Shown here piece by piece: positions 10,311 to 20,209 of a stretch of 64,000 nt of DNA. Position 1 is the stretch's first letter, and each line of letters starts with the position of its first letter. This DNA comes from Methanocaldococcus sp. 16A (lineage in GTDB: Archaea; AGJL01; Methanococci; Methanococcales; Methanocaldococcaceae), in assembly GCA_049860595.1 (NCBI GenBank), contig CP187551.1; one strand, 5' to 3'. The notes beneath the pieces are model-generated. The model had not been told where the DNA came from. It saw only the letters and a program-made list of their open reading frames with translations, and did not search any database. Both the position numbers and the translations under genes were made by a program.

Positions 10311-10911
10311 CCCCTCCCATATATTTGATTATTCCATACAAAGCATAGATTAAGCATAACAATAAAGCAAAGTGTGGAATGCCAATAATAGCTAAGATTA
10401 AAGAGAAAGCAAATAAACAAATAAATGCCTTCTTAGGATATTTTGGATATCTTATATCACTAATCATCAAAAGTCCTATTAATATAGCCAATATTGAATT
10501 TATTATATGGCTGTTAATTAATTGGCAGAATCCAACGAGCAATAAAGCTCCTGCTGGAATAGGTAAGCCAATAAACCCTTTAACATTTAAAATTCCAAAC
10601 CTTGCCAATCTTAAAGCTCCACAGAGGCAGAATATTATTGCTGATATTAATGTTAAAGTAGATTCAAAGTTATTGTATAATAGATAAGCAGGTGCTACAC
10701 CAAAGCTAACAACATCTGAAATACTGTCAAGCTCAGCCCCAAAGTCAGAAACGGTATTTGTTTTCCTCGCAACAAAACCATCTAAGGAATCAAAGATTAT
10801 TGAAAGGTAGATTAATGAAAAGCTGTTTAATAGTATAGCTAAAAGCCCAGTTATAATATTTAACATTGTTACATAGTCAGATATTGTTATTATCTTCCTT
10901 ATACTAAACAT
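10300..10911 (-). CDS. pssA: Archaetidylserine synthase (CDP-alcohol phosphatidyltransferase)
   Basis: DSLDGFVAR...FGAELDSISD..SFGVAP, RLARF, FIGLPIP. Confidence 0.92.
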   Translation of the reverse strand: MFSIRKIITISDYVTMLNIITGLLAILLNSFSLIYLSIIFDSLDGFVARKTNTVSDFGAELDSISDVVSFGVAPAYLLYNNFESTLTLISAIIFCLCGALRLARFGILNVKGFIGLPIPAGALLLVGFCQLINSHIINSILAILIGLLMISDIRYPKYPKKAFICLFAFSLILAIIGIPHFALLLCLIYALYGIIKYMGGDNN

Positions 10912-10930
10912 ATTTTCCCTTTTTAAAATT

Positions 10931-12937
10931 TTATTTCCTTTCTAATTTCCTTTTTATTGCTATAAATAAACTACCTAACAAAATTAATGAGATGATTCTT
11001 ATAAGCCATTCCCAATAATATAGTAAAGAATCATTATCTTTTATTCCTAATTGGAAAAATGCTCTTAATGTATCAAATAAATATTCAATGTAAGAATGTT
11101 CTAAAAGTCCTTTAGAATTATACTCCCAAACTAAAAATGGTATTGGAAACATGAATATAAAAAATATCATCCACCCAAATGGTCTGAACATTGATTCTCC
11201 ATAATCAGATAATTCTCCATATATGGATATAACAAATTTTTCAAAAATATTTACATTTTCCTTTATTAATTCCATTTCTTTTTTAAATAACTCTGATGCT
11301 TCAATATAAGTTCTATTGTTTTCAAAAGATAGTCTTAAACTTCTATATTCTGCAATGACTATATTATAATTTAAATCTAAATAAGATTCAAGATATTCTA
11401 GTGATTTTTTAATTTCATTTAATAATTCATTTTCGATTATCCCTTTTTCTTTAAATTTTAAAAGTTTATGTGTTAAAGTTTCTTCCGCTTTTTCTGTTAT
11501 TAATATTTCACTAACATCTGTCATTAAAAACGAAGTTTTAGATAGTGGGAAATTTATTATTTTTGAATGTTTATTCCCAAATGCTACTTTATTAAAAATT
11601 GCTATTCCTTTATACGGATTTTTCTTCTTAAAAAAAGTTATTTCTTCAAAAATGGTTTCTGAAAATATTAATAAATCAAATGAAATGTCTGTAAATTTAG
11701 CTATTGAATCAAATGTTAATTTTTCAAATATTGCTATATTAAAAGTTGAATAACTGAAATCAACTTCTTTTTTAAAAACAGAACTTCCAAAATTAACTTC
11801 TCCATTAAATTCAGCATCTTTGAAATAAGCTTCTTTCTCAAAAGTTGCATGAATAAAATGAACTTTTCCGTTAAATGATGCGAAACTAAACTGAACATAG
11901 TTTTTAAATGTAGTATTACTAAAATCAGTTTTTCCATCATTTATATTAAATTCAGCTTCCCTAAAATCTGCTACATCGTTAAATATGGCTTCATCAAAAT
12001 TAACCTTTTTTTTAAATTTAGTTTTGTAGAAGTTAGCTTTCCCTTTAAAAGTAGCTTTCTTAAAATTAGCTTCTTCTTCAAATACGGCATTGTCAAAATT
12101 AACTTCTTTTTCAAATGTAGTATTGCCAAACTCTGCACATCCCCCAAATACTGAATAATAACTAAAATCAACATCTCCTCCAAATGTTGAACCACTAAAA
12201 TAAACTTTCCGTTTAAAATTCAAATTCCGAAAACTAACATTTTTTTCAAATATTGAATTGTTAAAATCCAATACATCTTCAAATATTAAATTCCCAAAAT
12301 GCACAAATCCTCTAAAAGTTGAGTAATTAAAATCAACTTTATTTTTAAATACTATTAAACCTATAAAATAGACATTTTTCTCAAAAATTGAGTCAGTAAA
12401 ATTAATTTTACCTTTAATTATCAAATTATCTTGTGTATTCACTTTTTCAAAATACACATTCTTTTTAAATATTGATTTATAAAAAATGACATCTTTTATA
12501 AATATTGAATCTATAATATTAACTTCTCCATGAATTTCTGAAAATCTGAAATCAACATCTTCTTCAAATGTGGATTCTATGAAATTAACACTCTTAAATG
12601 CTATTTTAATAAATAACACTTCCAGATTTTCTATTTTTTGGTTGTACATTGTAAATTTACCACGGAATTTAACATTATGAAAACTAAGGTCTATATAAAC
12701 ATTTATAGTAATTGTGCTTCTGGGTATAGTTGTATCATTATCTTTTTCTTTGGAAATTAGTTTTTTTAATTTCTCATCGCCCTTAATTCTTTCATAAATA
12801 TCTATAATATCAATATCTCCTTCAACAATACAATTTTTTAACTTAAAAATTTTATTATTACTTTTCAAAGCATCAATAAACATATCATAAAACTCTCCAA
12901 TAATCTCCCCCGTCTCTTTATCAATAACTTTTACCAT
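10931..12937 (-). CDS. Pentapeptide-repeat (11-residue period) membrane protein with C-terminal channel-like module
   Basis: Tandem FxxxxxFxxxx units (FEKEVNFDNAV FEEEANFKKAT FKGKANFYKTK), then SDYGES, TM helix, FFQLGIKD, TM helix. Confidence 0.85.
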   Translation of the reverse strand: MVKVIDKETGEIIGEFYDMFIDALKSNNKIFKLKNCIVEGDIDIIDIYERIKGDEKLKKLISKEKDNDTTIPRSTITINVYIDLSFHNVKFRGKFTMYNQKIENLEVLFIKIAFKSVNFIESTFEEDVDFRFSEIHGEVNIIDSIFIKDVIFYKSIFKKNVYFEKVNTQDNLIIKGKINFTDSIFEKNVYFIGLIVFKNKVDFNYSTFRGFVHFGNLIFEDVLDFNNSIFEKNVSFRNLNFKRKVYFSGSTFGGDVDFSYYSVFGGCAEFGNTTFEKEVNFDNAVFEEEANFKKATFKGKANFYKTKFKKKVNFDEAIFNDVADFREAEFNINDGKTDFSNTTFKNYVQFSFASFNGKVHFIHATFEKEAYFKDAEFNGEVNFGSSVFKKEVDFSYSTFNIAIFEKLTFDSIAKFTDISFDLLIFSETIFEEITFFKKKNPYKGIAIFNKVAFGNKHSKIINFPLSKTSFLMTDVSEILITEKAEETLTHKLLKFKEKGIIENELLNEIKKSLEYLESYLDLNYNIVIAEYRSLRLSFENNRTYIEASELFKKEMELIKENVNIFEKFVISIYGELSDYGESMFRPFGWMIFFIFMFPIPFLVWEYNSKGLLEHSYIEYLFDTLRAFFQLGIKDNDSLLYYWEWLIRIISLILLGSLFIAIKRKLERK

Positions 12938-13046
12938 TCCCCCACCTAATTTTAATAATCTTTATATCCTACATAAAACATAATTTATCTTAAATTTTTA
13001 TTTAATTGTTGTAATATATCAATTTTCCTATTTAATTGGTGGAAAT

Positions 13047-13938
13047 ATGAGATACATGAAAATTATCATTCCAAAAAAAATTTCTAAATACTGTTGAAGA
13101 AATCTTAAAAAAGAATAATGCTTACTCAATATCAATAATTGAGCCATTAAAAACATCAATAGAAGATGGAATTATAATAACATGCAATGCAAAGGCGAAA
13201 GATGCAGAAAAAATAGTCTTAGAGTTAAAAAAATTAGGTTTAGGAGAGAAAGGGCATGGTAGTGTGACAATAATGCCAGCTAATATAACTTTCTCATGTA
13301 GAGAAGAAGGAATGGCTTCAACTACATTATCTCCTTTAGAACTCTACTATAAAGCAAAAACTATGGTTAAAATAACAAAAAATGTTTTAATTAAAGTTGT
13401 GTTGGCAAGTATAATGGGAGTTATTGGGTTGATAGAGCATAACATCCCTACATTAATTGGGGCTATGATTATCGCTCCCTTAGTAGATACTGTTATGGGT
13501 AGTGCAATAGGAACAGTCTTAGGAGATAAAAAGCTATTTATTGATGGAATGAAAAAAGAATTAATTTGTTCTGGTGTTGTTATAATATGTGCATTTATAC
13601 CAAGTTTGTTCTTTGTCTCAAAGGATTTGGTTTTAGAATACCTCTCAGAGACATCAATAATATTAAGTGCAATTGTAGCAATTATTGCTGGGATTTCAGG
13701 GGGAATAAGTATTGCTAGTGGAAAAGAGTATGAAATAATTGGAGTTACCATAGATGTTTCAATATTAATCCCAGCTCTATTAATGGGAATGGCTTTGGCA
13801 ACAATGGATATGAATCTAATTTATATAACCTTCATTCTATTGATTATAAATATAGTGTTGTTAGATATTGGTGGATACATTGGATTAAAATACAAAGTAG
13901 GAAAAGTAGATAAAAAGATGATAAAAACCAGAACCTAA
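13047..13938 (+). pseudogene. DUF389/TIGR00341-type membrane protein, frameshifted in A8 tract
   Basis: ATG 13047 with GGTGG SD; A8 at 13073-13080 leads to an early TGA; removing one A joins it to the 13264-13938 frame (IGAMIIAPL motif). Confidence 0.75.
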
Positions 13939-13948
13939 AAATTTAAAA

Positions 13949-13995
13949 TAGGACTTTTGCACTTTATTTTAATATTTATTCCTGCGAAAGTCTTA
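13949..13995. mobile_element. MITE-like repeat copy 1 (minimal)
   Basis: TAGGACTTTTGCA ... TGCGAAAGTCTTA. Confidence 0.65.
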
Positions 13996-14718
13996 TTAAA
14001 AAATCTTCTGCATAATCAACTTAAATAAAATCTTAAATCCAGTTATTACATTGGTTCCTCTACTCATTGAATATTCAGTATAGATAGTTTTTATTGGCAC
14101 TTCTTTTAATTTTAAATTGTTTTTCTTAGCTAAAATTATAAATTCAGATGAAACCTCATATCTGTCACTTTTCAAATCATCTATTATCTTTTTAGCAGCT
14201 TCATAAGAGAAAGCCCTCAAACCACTTTGGCTGTCTGTTACAAAATAACCTCCCATTAAGTAGGTTATAAAGTTTAATCCAAAATTTCCTATTCTTTTAA
14301 CTAAAGGCATGTTTTTTAACTCATTTTTGTCCATCATTCTACTTCCTACAACAAAATCATAGCCATCTAAGATGGGTTTAACTACCTTCTCAACGTCCTT
14401 AGGATGATGTTGTCCATCGGCATCAAAGGTTACAATAATCTTTGGTTTATAAAGTAGAGCACATTTAATCCCAGTCCCTAAAGCTCCCCCTAATCCTCTA
14501 TTCAAAATATGTCTACATACAATAACATTCTCTTTTTTAGCTATCTCTGAAGTTTTATCCATTGAGCCATCATCGACAACAATTATATTTTTATATCCTT
14601 CTCTTTTTAAATTTCTTAAAGTTTCTCCAATCATCTTTTCTTCATTAAATGCAGGAATGACAATAAATATTTCATCCTTATTAATTTGGCTGTTTTGCTT
14701 TTGATTCATTATTTCCAC
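13996..14718 (-). CDS. GT2 glycosyltransferase (dolichol-phosphate sugar synthase-like)
   Basis: IPAFNEE, VVDDGSMD, NRGLG, FDADGQH, DSQSGLRAF. Confidence 0.92.
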   Translation of the reverse strand: MEIMNQKQNSQINKDEIFIVIPAFNEEKMIGETLRNLKREGYKNIIVVDDGSMDKTSEIAKKENVIVCRHILNRGLGGALGTGIKCALLYKPKIIVTFDADGQHHPKDVEKVVKPILDGYDFVVGSRMMDKNELKNMPLVKRIGNFGLNFITYLMGGYFVTDSQSGLRAFSYEAAKKIIDDLKSDRYEVSSEFIILAKKNNLKLKEVPIKTIYTEYSMSRGTNVITGFKILFKLIMQKIF

Positions 14719-14962
14719 CTATTACCTTACAAAATGCCAAAGCCCCAACAACTCCGCATATAAAGATAGCTAAAGCAATAGTATTCGCAAACGCTATATT
14801 ATATTTTTGTGAAATAACAACAATCAAAGTCCCAATAACAACAGTTAGCAAAGATTCTCCAATTAAAACATTAGAGGTACCTTTTTTAAAAGATAATCTT
14901 AAACCTACCAATGCTGAAAAGCTTAAGGCAATAATTGCAAACAACCAAACCAATGTATTCAT
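14681..14962 (-). CDS. Small 3-TM protein, MrpF/MnhF-like (possible energy-converting hydrogenase membrane subunit)
   Basis: Three hydrophobic helices; C-terminal GVVGALAFCKVIGG like MrpF. Confidence 0.55.
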   Translation of the reverse strand: MNTLVWLFAIIALSFSALVGLRLSFKKGTSNVLIGESLLTVVIGTLIVVISQKYNIAFANTIALAIFICGVVGALAFCKVIGGNNESKAKQPN

Positions 14963-14968
14963 AACTTA

Positions 14969-15139
14969 TCACCAATAATATTTTATCATTAAAATTATAA
15001 ATATTACTGCCCCAATAAACACTGCTAACCAAACCCATATATTTAGAATAAATAAAAATTTAAAAATTTTCTCTCTCTTATCAGGGTCATTTAAAAGCTT
15101 TTTTATTGGGTCTTTTCCATAGTATTTTTTTCTTTTCAT
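14969..15139 (-). CDS. Small single-pass membrane protein (56 aa; absent from the ORF track)
   Basis: MKRKKYYGKDPIKKLLNDPDKREKIFKFLFILNIWVWLAVFIGAVIFIILMIKYYW; fills the operon gap with GTGAT SD. Confidence 0.75.
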   Translation of the reverse strand: MKRKKYYGKDPIKKLLNDPDKREKIFKFLFILNIWVWLAVFIGAVIFIILMIKYYW

Positions 15140-15151
15140 AGCTATCACTTT

Positions 15152-15559
15152 TTAATCATATAAAGATAATTTAAATATAAGTTGTGTTGTTGTTGGTAAT
15201 TCCTTTCTAACAATTTTTAGTTCTGGTTTGTATATATACATTACATCCTTTTCTGAGAAGATATCTATCTCTCTACCCAATATTTTTGAAATAACTCTAA
15301 CCTCTTCTTTTCCACTAACTTTTATTGCTCCTCCCAAAGAGGAATCTACTTCCAAGACAATAGGAAGTTTTAAATCTTCACTTGCAATTTCTTTTAAAAA
15401 CTCAAGCTCTCTTCTTTTTATTCTATGTCTCTTACCATTAATTATTATATGGGGCTTCTCTTCATTTAACAATTCTTTCAATGTTTTTCTTTTAAACCTT
15501 GGATTCATATCTTTTATTATCCCTTTTATAATTTTTTCTACATCTTTCATACGCATCAC
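15152..15559 (-). CDS. DUF61/UPF0216 family protein
   Basis: RKTLKELLNEEKPHI, H.I...ELE.L, LKLPI; family recalled. Confidence 0.7.
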   Translation of the reverse strand: MMRMKDVEKIIKGIIKDMNPRFKRKTLKELLNEEKPHIIINGKRHRIKRRELEFLKEIASEDLKLPIVLEVDSSLGGAIKVSGKEEVRVISKILGREIDIFSEKDVMYIYKPELKIVRKELPTTTQLIFKLSLYD

Positions 15560-15669
15560 AACGTAATTATTTTATACTGTTATTAAGAAATTATATTATT
15601 GTTAGAAAATATTATAAATTAAATTTTAGATTTAAATTTAAATTTTCAAATTGAAAATTCTTTTGGGGG

Positions 15670-16515
15670 ATGTATGTGAAAGTAATGAAAATTGCTCAAA
15701 ATAAAGAAATTATAACCGTTTATCCTACAACCACAATAAGAAAAGCATTAATGACAATGAATGAAAATAGATATAGAAGATTGCCTGTTGTAAATGCTGG
15801 AAATAATAAGGTTGTTGGAATAATTACAAGTATGGATATTGTAGATTTCATGGGTGGGGGTTCAAAATACAACTTAATTAGAGAAAAGCATGAAAGAAAT
15901 TTCTTAGCAGCTATAAATGAGCCAGTTAGAGCTATAATGGAAGAGAATGTTATAACTCTCAAAGAAAATGCTGATATTGATGAAGCAATAGAGACATTCT
16001 TAACAAAGAATGTTGGTGGGGCTCCAATAGTTAATGATGACAATCAATTAATTTCATTAATTACAGAGAGAGATGTAATTAGAGCATTATTAGATAAAAT
16101 AGATGAAAATGAAGTTATAGATGATTATATAACAAGAAAGGTTATTATTGCTACACCAGGAGAGAGATTAAAGGATGTTGCGAGAACCATGGTTAGAAAT
16201 GGGTTTAGAAGATTGCCAGTTGTTAGTGAGGAGAAATTGGTTGGGATTATAACATCAACCGACTTTATAAAACTTTTAGGTAGTGATTGGGCTTTCAACC
16301 ACATGCAAACAGGAAATGTTAGGGAGATAACAAATGTTAGAATGGAAGAAATTATGAAGAGAGATGTTATAACTGCAAAAGAGGGAGATAAATTAAAAGA
16401 AGTAGCTGAGATAATGGTAAATAATGATATTGGAGCTTTACCTGTAGTTGATGATGATTTGAAAGTTAGGGGGATTATTACAGAGAAGGATGTTTTGAAA
16501 TACTTTGCTAAATAA
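15670..16515 (+). CDS. Four-CBS-domain adenylate-binding protein
   Basis: RRLPVV/GAPIV/GALPVV ... GIIT repeats x4. Confidence 0.92.
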   Translation: MYVKVMKIAQNKEIITVYPTTTIRKALMTMNENRYRRLPVVNAGNNKVVGIITSMDIVDFMGGGSKYNLIREKHERNFLAAINEPVRAIMEENVITLKENADIDEAIETFLTKNVGGAPIVNDDNQLISLITERDVIRALLDKIDENEVIDDYITRKVIIATPGERLKDVARTMVRNGFRRLPVVSEEKLVGIITSTDFIKLLGSDWAFNHMQTGNVREITNVRMEEIMKRDVITAKEGDKLKEVAEIMVNNDIGALPVVDDDLKVRGIITEKDVLKYFAK

Positions 16516-16571
16516 TGATTTTATTTTTTATTTTTTTAGTTTTATTATTTTTCCACATATAGGGGATATTT

Positions 16572-18974
16572 ATGGACATTAAAAAAATTGAAGAAAAATA
16601 TAAAACCTCTTTGAAAACTGGATTATCAACAGAAGAGGCAAAAGAAAGATTAAAAATTTATGGTTATAATGAAATTCCAGAAAAGAAAGTTCATCCAATA
16701 ATCAAATTTCTATCATACTTTTGGAATCCTATTGCCTGGATGATTGAGATAGCCGCTATTTTGTCAGCTATAATTAAACACTGGGTAGATTTTGCTATAA
16801 TTTTAATCTTATTAATAGTTAATGGAGTTGTTGGTTTTTGGGAAGAACATAAAGCAGAGAATGTTATAGAATATTTAAAACAAAAAATGGCTTTAAATGC
16901 AAGAGTTTTGAGAGATGGTAATTGGAAGACAGTTTTAGCAAGAGAGTTAGTGCCAGGAGATGTTGTTAGAGTAAGAATTGGAGATATTGTCCCTGCTGAT
17001 ATAATATTAGTCGAAGGAGATTATTTGGTTGTAGATGAATCTGCCTTGACTGGAGAAAGTTTGCCAGTAGAAAAGAAGATAGGAGATGTTGCTTATTCAG
17101 GTTCTATTGTTAAAAAGGGAGAGATGACTGGAGTAGTTAAAGCTACTGGTCTAAACACATACTTTGGAAAAACTGTTAAGTTGGTTGAGAAGGCAGGAAA
17201 AGTTAGTTCTTATCAAAAGATGATTGTTAATATTGGAAACTATTTGATAATTTTGGCAGTAATTTTAATAGCAATAATGGTTGCCGTTGAGTTGTTTAGA
17301 GGAAAGAGCTTAATAGAAACGGCTCAATTTGCCTTAGTATTGGCTGTTTCTGCTATACCTGCAGCAATGCCTGCTGTTCTCTCAATAACAATGGCTATAG
17401 GGGCATTAAATTTAGCAAAGAAAGATGTCATCGTAAAAAAGCTTGTTTCTATTGAGGAGTTGGCAGGAGTTGATATACTCTGCTCAGACAAAACAGGGAC
17501 ATTGACGAAAAATCAACTCGTATGTGGAGATATAATAGCTCTAAATAATTTTACTAAGGAGGATGTTATTTTATTTGCAGCTTTAGCATCAAGAGAGGAA
17601 GATGCTGATGCAATAGATACTGCAATTTTAAATGAAGCTAAAAAATTGGGGTTAGATGAAAAAATAAAAAAATATAAAATAAAAAAATTCATTCCATTTG
17701 ACCCAGTTATTAAAAGGACAGAAGCAGATGTTACAAATGGAGAGAAGTTTAAAGTTTCAAAAGGGGCTCCTCATGTTATATTAGATTTATGCAATGCAGA
17801 TGAAAATTTAAGAAAGAAAGTAAATGAAATAGTTAATAAACTTGCTGAAAATGGTTATAGAGCTTTAGGAGTAGCTGTATATAAAAATAATGAATGGCAC
17901 TTTGTTGGAATAATTCCACTATACGATCCACCAAGAGAAGATGCTCCTTTGGCTGTTAAGAAGATTAAAGAGTTAGGAGTTAAAATAAAGATGGTTACTG
18001 GTGACCATATAGCAATAGCAAAAAATATTGCAAAGATGCTTGGAATTGGAGACAAAATTATATCTATGAGTGAATTGTTGAAAAAACTAAAAAGAGGAGA
18101 AATTAAAGAAGAGAAATTTGATGATATTATTGAAGAATCAGATGGATTTGCTGAGGTATTTCCAGAGCATAAATATAAGATTGTTGATTCATTGCAAAAG
18201 AAAAACCATATGGTAGCAATGACAGGAGATGGAGTTAATGACGCTCCAGCTTTAAAAAAAGCAGATTGTGGGATTGCAGTTTCTAATGCAACAGATGCCG
18301 CAAGAGCTGCTGCTGATATTGTTTTATTATCTCCAGGAATCTCTGTTATTGTTGATGCCATTCAAGAGGCGAGAAGAATATTTCAAAGAATGGAAAGCTA
18401 TGTTATTTATAGAATTACTGAGACAATAAGAATCTTATTTTTTGTTGAGCTCTGTATATTAATCTTAGGAATATATCCAATAACTGCTTTGATGATTGTG
18501 CTTTTAGCAATCTTAAATGACATTCCGATATTAGCAATAGCTTATGACAATGTTATTGAGCCAAAATATCCTGTAAAATGGAAAATGAAAGAGATTTTAA
18601 TTATCTCTACTATATTGGGATTTAGTGGGGTTGTAAGTTCGTTCTTAATATTCTACATATCTGATGTTTTCTTACATTTAACAATTGCGGAGTTGCAGAG
18701 CTTTGTATTTTTAAAGTTGATATTAGCAGGACATGCAACTATATTTGTTACAAGGATTAGAGATAGGTTTTATAAAAAGCCATATCCAAGTAGATGGCTA
18801 TTTTGGGGAGTTATGGGAACAAATATAATAGGAACTATAGTGGCTGCTGAAGGAATATTTATGGCACCAATTGGATGGAATTTAGCTTTATTCATGTGGC
18901 TCTATGCCCATGCTTGGATGTTAATTAACGATGAAATTAAGATTCTTCTATTAAAAAGATTAAAGATTGATTAG
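16572..18974 (+). CDS. P-type (P3A) plasma-membrane proton ATPase
   Basis: TGES, IPAAMP, CSDKTGTLT, KGAP, DPPR, TGDGVNDAPAL, ILNDIP. Confidence 0.93.
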   Translation: MDIKKIEEKYKTSLKTGLSTEEAKERLKIYGYNEIPEKKVHPIIKFLSYFWNPIAWMIEIAAILSAIIKHWVDFAIILILLIVNGVVGFWEEHKAENVIEYLKQKMALNARVLRDGNWKTVLARELVPGDVVRVRIGDIVPADIILVEGDYLVVDESALTGESLPVEKKIGDVAYSGSIVKKGEMTGVVKATGLNTYFGKTVKLVEKAGKVSSYQKMIVNIGNYLIILAVILIAIMVAVELFRGKSLIETAQFALVLAVSAIPAAMPAVLSITMAIGALNLAKKDVIVKKLVSIEELAGVDILCSDKTGTLTKNQLVCGDIIALNNFTKEDVILFAALASREEDADAIDTAILNEAKKLGLDEKIKKYKIKKFIPFDPVIKRTEADVTNGEKFKVSKGAPHVILDLCNADENLRKKVNEIVNKLAENGYRALGVAVYKNNEWHFVGIIPLYDPPREDAPLAVKKIKELGVKIKMVTGDHIAIAKNIAKMLGIGDKIISMSELLKKLKRGEIKEEKFDDIIEESDGFAEVFPEHKYKIVDSLQKKNHMVAMTGDGVNDAPALKKADCGIAVSNATDAARAAADIVLLSPGISVIVDAIQEARRIFQRMESYVIYRITETIRILFFVELCILILGIYPITALMIVLLAILNDIPILAIAYDNVIEPKYPVKWKMKEILIISTILGFSGVVSSFLIFYISDVFLHLTIAELQSFVFLKLILAGHATIFVTRIRDRFYKKPYPSRWLFWGVMGTNIIGTIVAAEGIFMAPIGWNLALFMWLYAHAWMLINDEIKILLLKRLKID

Positions 18975-19706
18975 GTGATAAAAATGAAAGTTCTTGTTTC
19001 AGGAATAGTAGATTTTTCAACAATTGATTATCCAAAAAAATGCTCTGCAGTAATTTTTTTACATGGATGTAATATGAGATGCCCTTACTGTCACAATTTA
19101 AAACATATTTTAGAGCATAAGAAGGAAATGACAGTTGAAGAGCTTTTTAATAATATTGACTTTTTCTTTGCTGATGCTATTGTTATAAGTGGAGGAGAAC
19201 CAACTTTGCAAAAAGATGCTTTAATAGAGATAGCAAGATATGCAAAAGAAAAAAATTTTCCAGTAAAAATTGATACAAATGGCACAAATCCAGAAATAAT
19301 TGAAGAACTCGTAAAAAATAATTTAATTAATTATGTAGCAGTTGATGTAAAATGCAGATTTGACAAATACAAAGATTTTACAAAGTGTAAAGAAGAGGGA
19401 GAAGAAATTAAAAAGAAAATATTAAAGATTATCGATTTATGCAAAAATAATAACGTCTTTGTTGAGTGTAGAACAACTTATGTTCCAAAAGTTATGGATG
19501 AAAGTGATATAGAGGAGATAGCAAAAACAGTCAAAGATTGCGATTTATATGCAATCCAACAGTTTGAGCCAAAAGACGCTTATGATGAAGAATTTAGAAA
19601 AATAAATCCTCCAAAAAAAGAGGAATTAATAAAATTAGGAAAAATAGCAAAAAAATATATTAACAATGTTATTATAAGAACTGTAAATGGTGTTTTTGAA
19701 ATTTAA
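18975..19706 (+). CDS. Radical SAM activating enzyme (NrdG/PFL-AE family)
   Basis: GCNMRCPYCHN, SGGEPT, DTNG, ECRTT. Confidence 0.88.
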   Translation: MIKMKVLVSGIVDFSTIDYPKKCSAVIFLHGCNMRCPYCHNLKHILEHKKEMTVEELFNNIDFFFADAIVISGGEPTLQKDALIEIARYAKEKNFPVKIDTNGTNPEIIEELVKNNLINYVAVDVKCRFDKYKDFTKCKEEGEEIKKKILKIIDLCKNNNVFVECRTTYVPKVMDESDIEEIAKTVKDCDLYAIQQFEPKDAYDEEFRKINPPKKEELIKLGKIAKKYINNVIIRTVNGVFEI

Positions 19707-19722
19707 TTTAAAATTTAAAGAT

Positions 19723-20130
19723 TTATTTTTCACCAATTACTCTTGTTATTTTGTACTGTCCAACAGCTTCAATGTATTCTACTTCTCTTCCAGGCTCTAA
19801 TCCTTCAATACCTTCTGGAATTGGTAACTCTAATGTTTCATAAGTTTGTAAGTCCATAATTTGAACCATATCTCCCATTAAAGCTAAAACTTGTCCTTTT
19901 CTTCTGTCAATTATTGGAACTTCTACTTTGCTTGATGTTGGAGCAACAAACTCCTTCTTAACCTTTTCAAATATTCCAATTCCTACGACTCTTGCCTTAG
20001 CTCCTCCGTGTTTTCCTGGCTTTGAAACACTGATATCTACAATCTCACATGGAACTCCATCAATCATAACATACTGTCCAACTTTTAAAGAACCGACATT
20101 AACTTGCTTAGTTCCTGGCATTATTATCAC
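19723..20130 (-). CDS. eif5a: Translation factor aIF-5A
   Basis: Hypusination motif SKPGKHGGAK. Confidence 0.97.
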   Translation of the reverse strand: MIIMPGTKQVNVGSLKVGQYVMIDGVPCEIVDISVSKPGKHGGAKARVVGIGIFEKVKKEFVAPTSSKVEVPIIDRRKGQVLALMGDMVQIMDLQTYETLELPIPEGIEGLEPGREVEYIEAVGQYKITRVIGEK

Positions 20131-20209
20131 CTTTTATTTAATTTCATTGAAAAGAAGCTTTTAATAACTATTGCCTTATATTATATAAATATTACTGTTA
20201 TAAGATATT

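Noticed and set aside
16572-18974. Eukaryote-like P3A H+-ATPase as a novelty
   Set aside because: It is already known from Methanocaldococcus.
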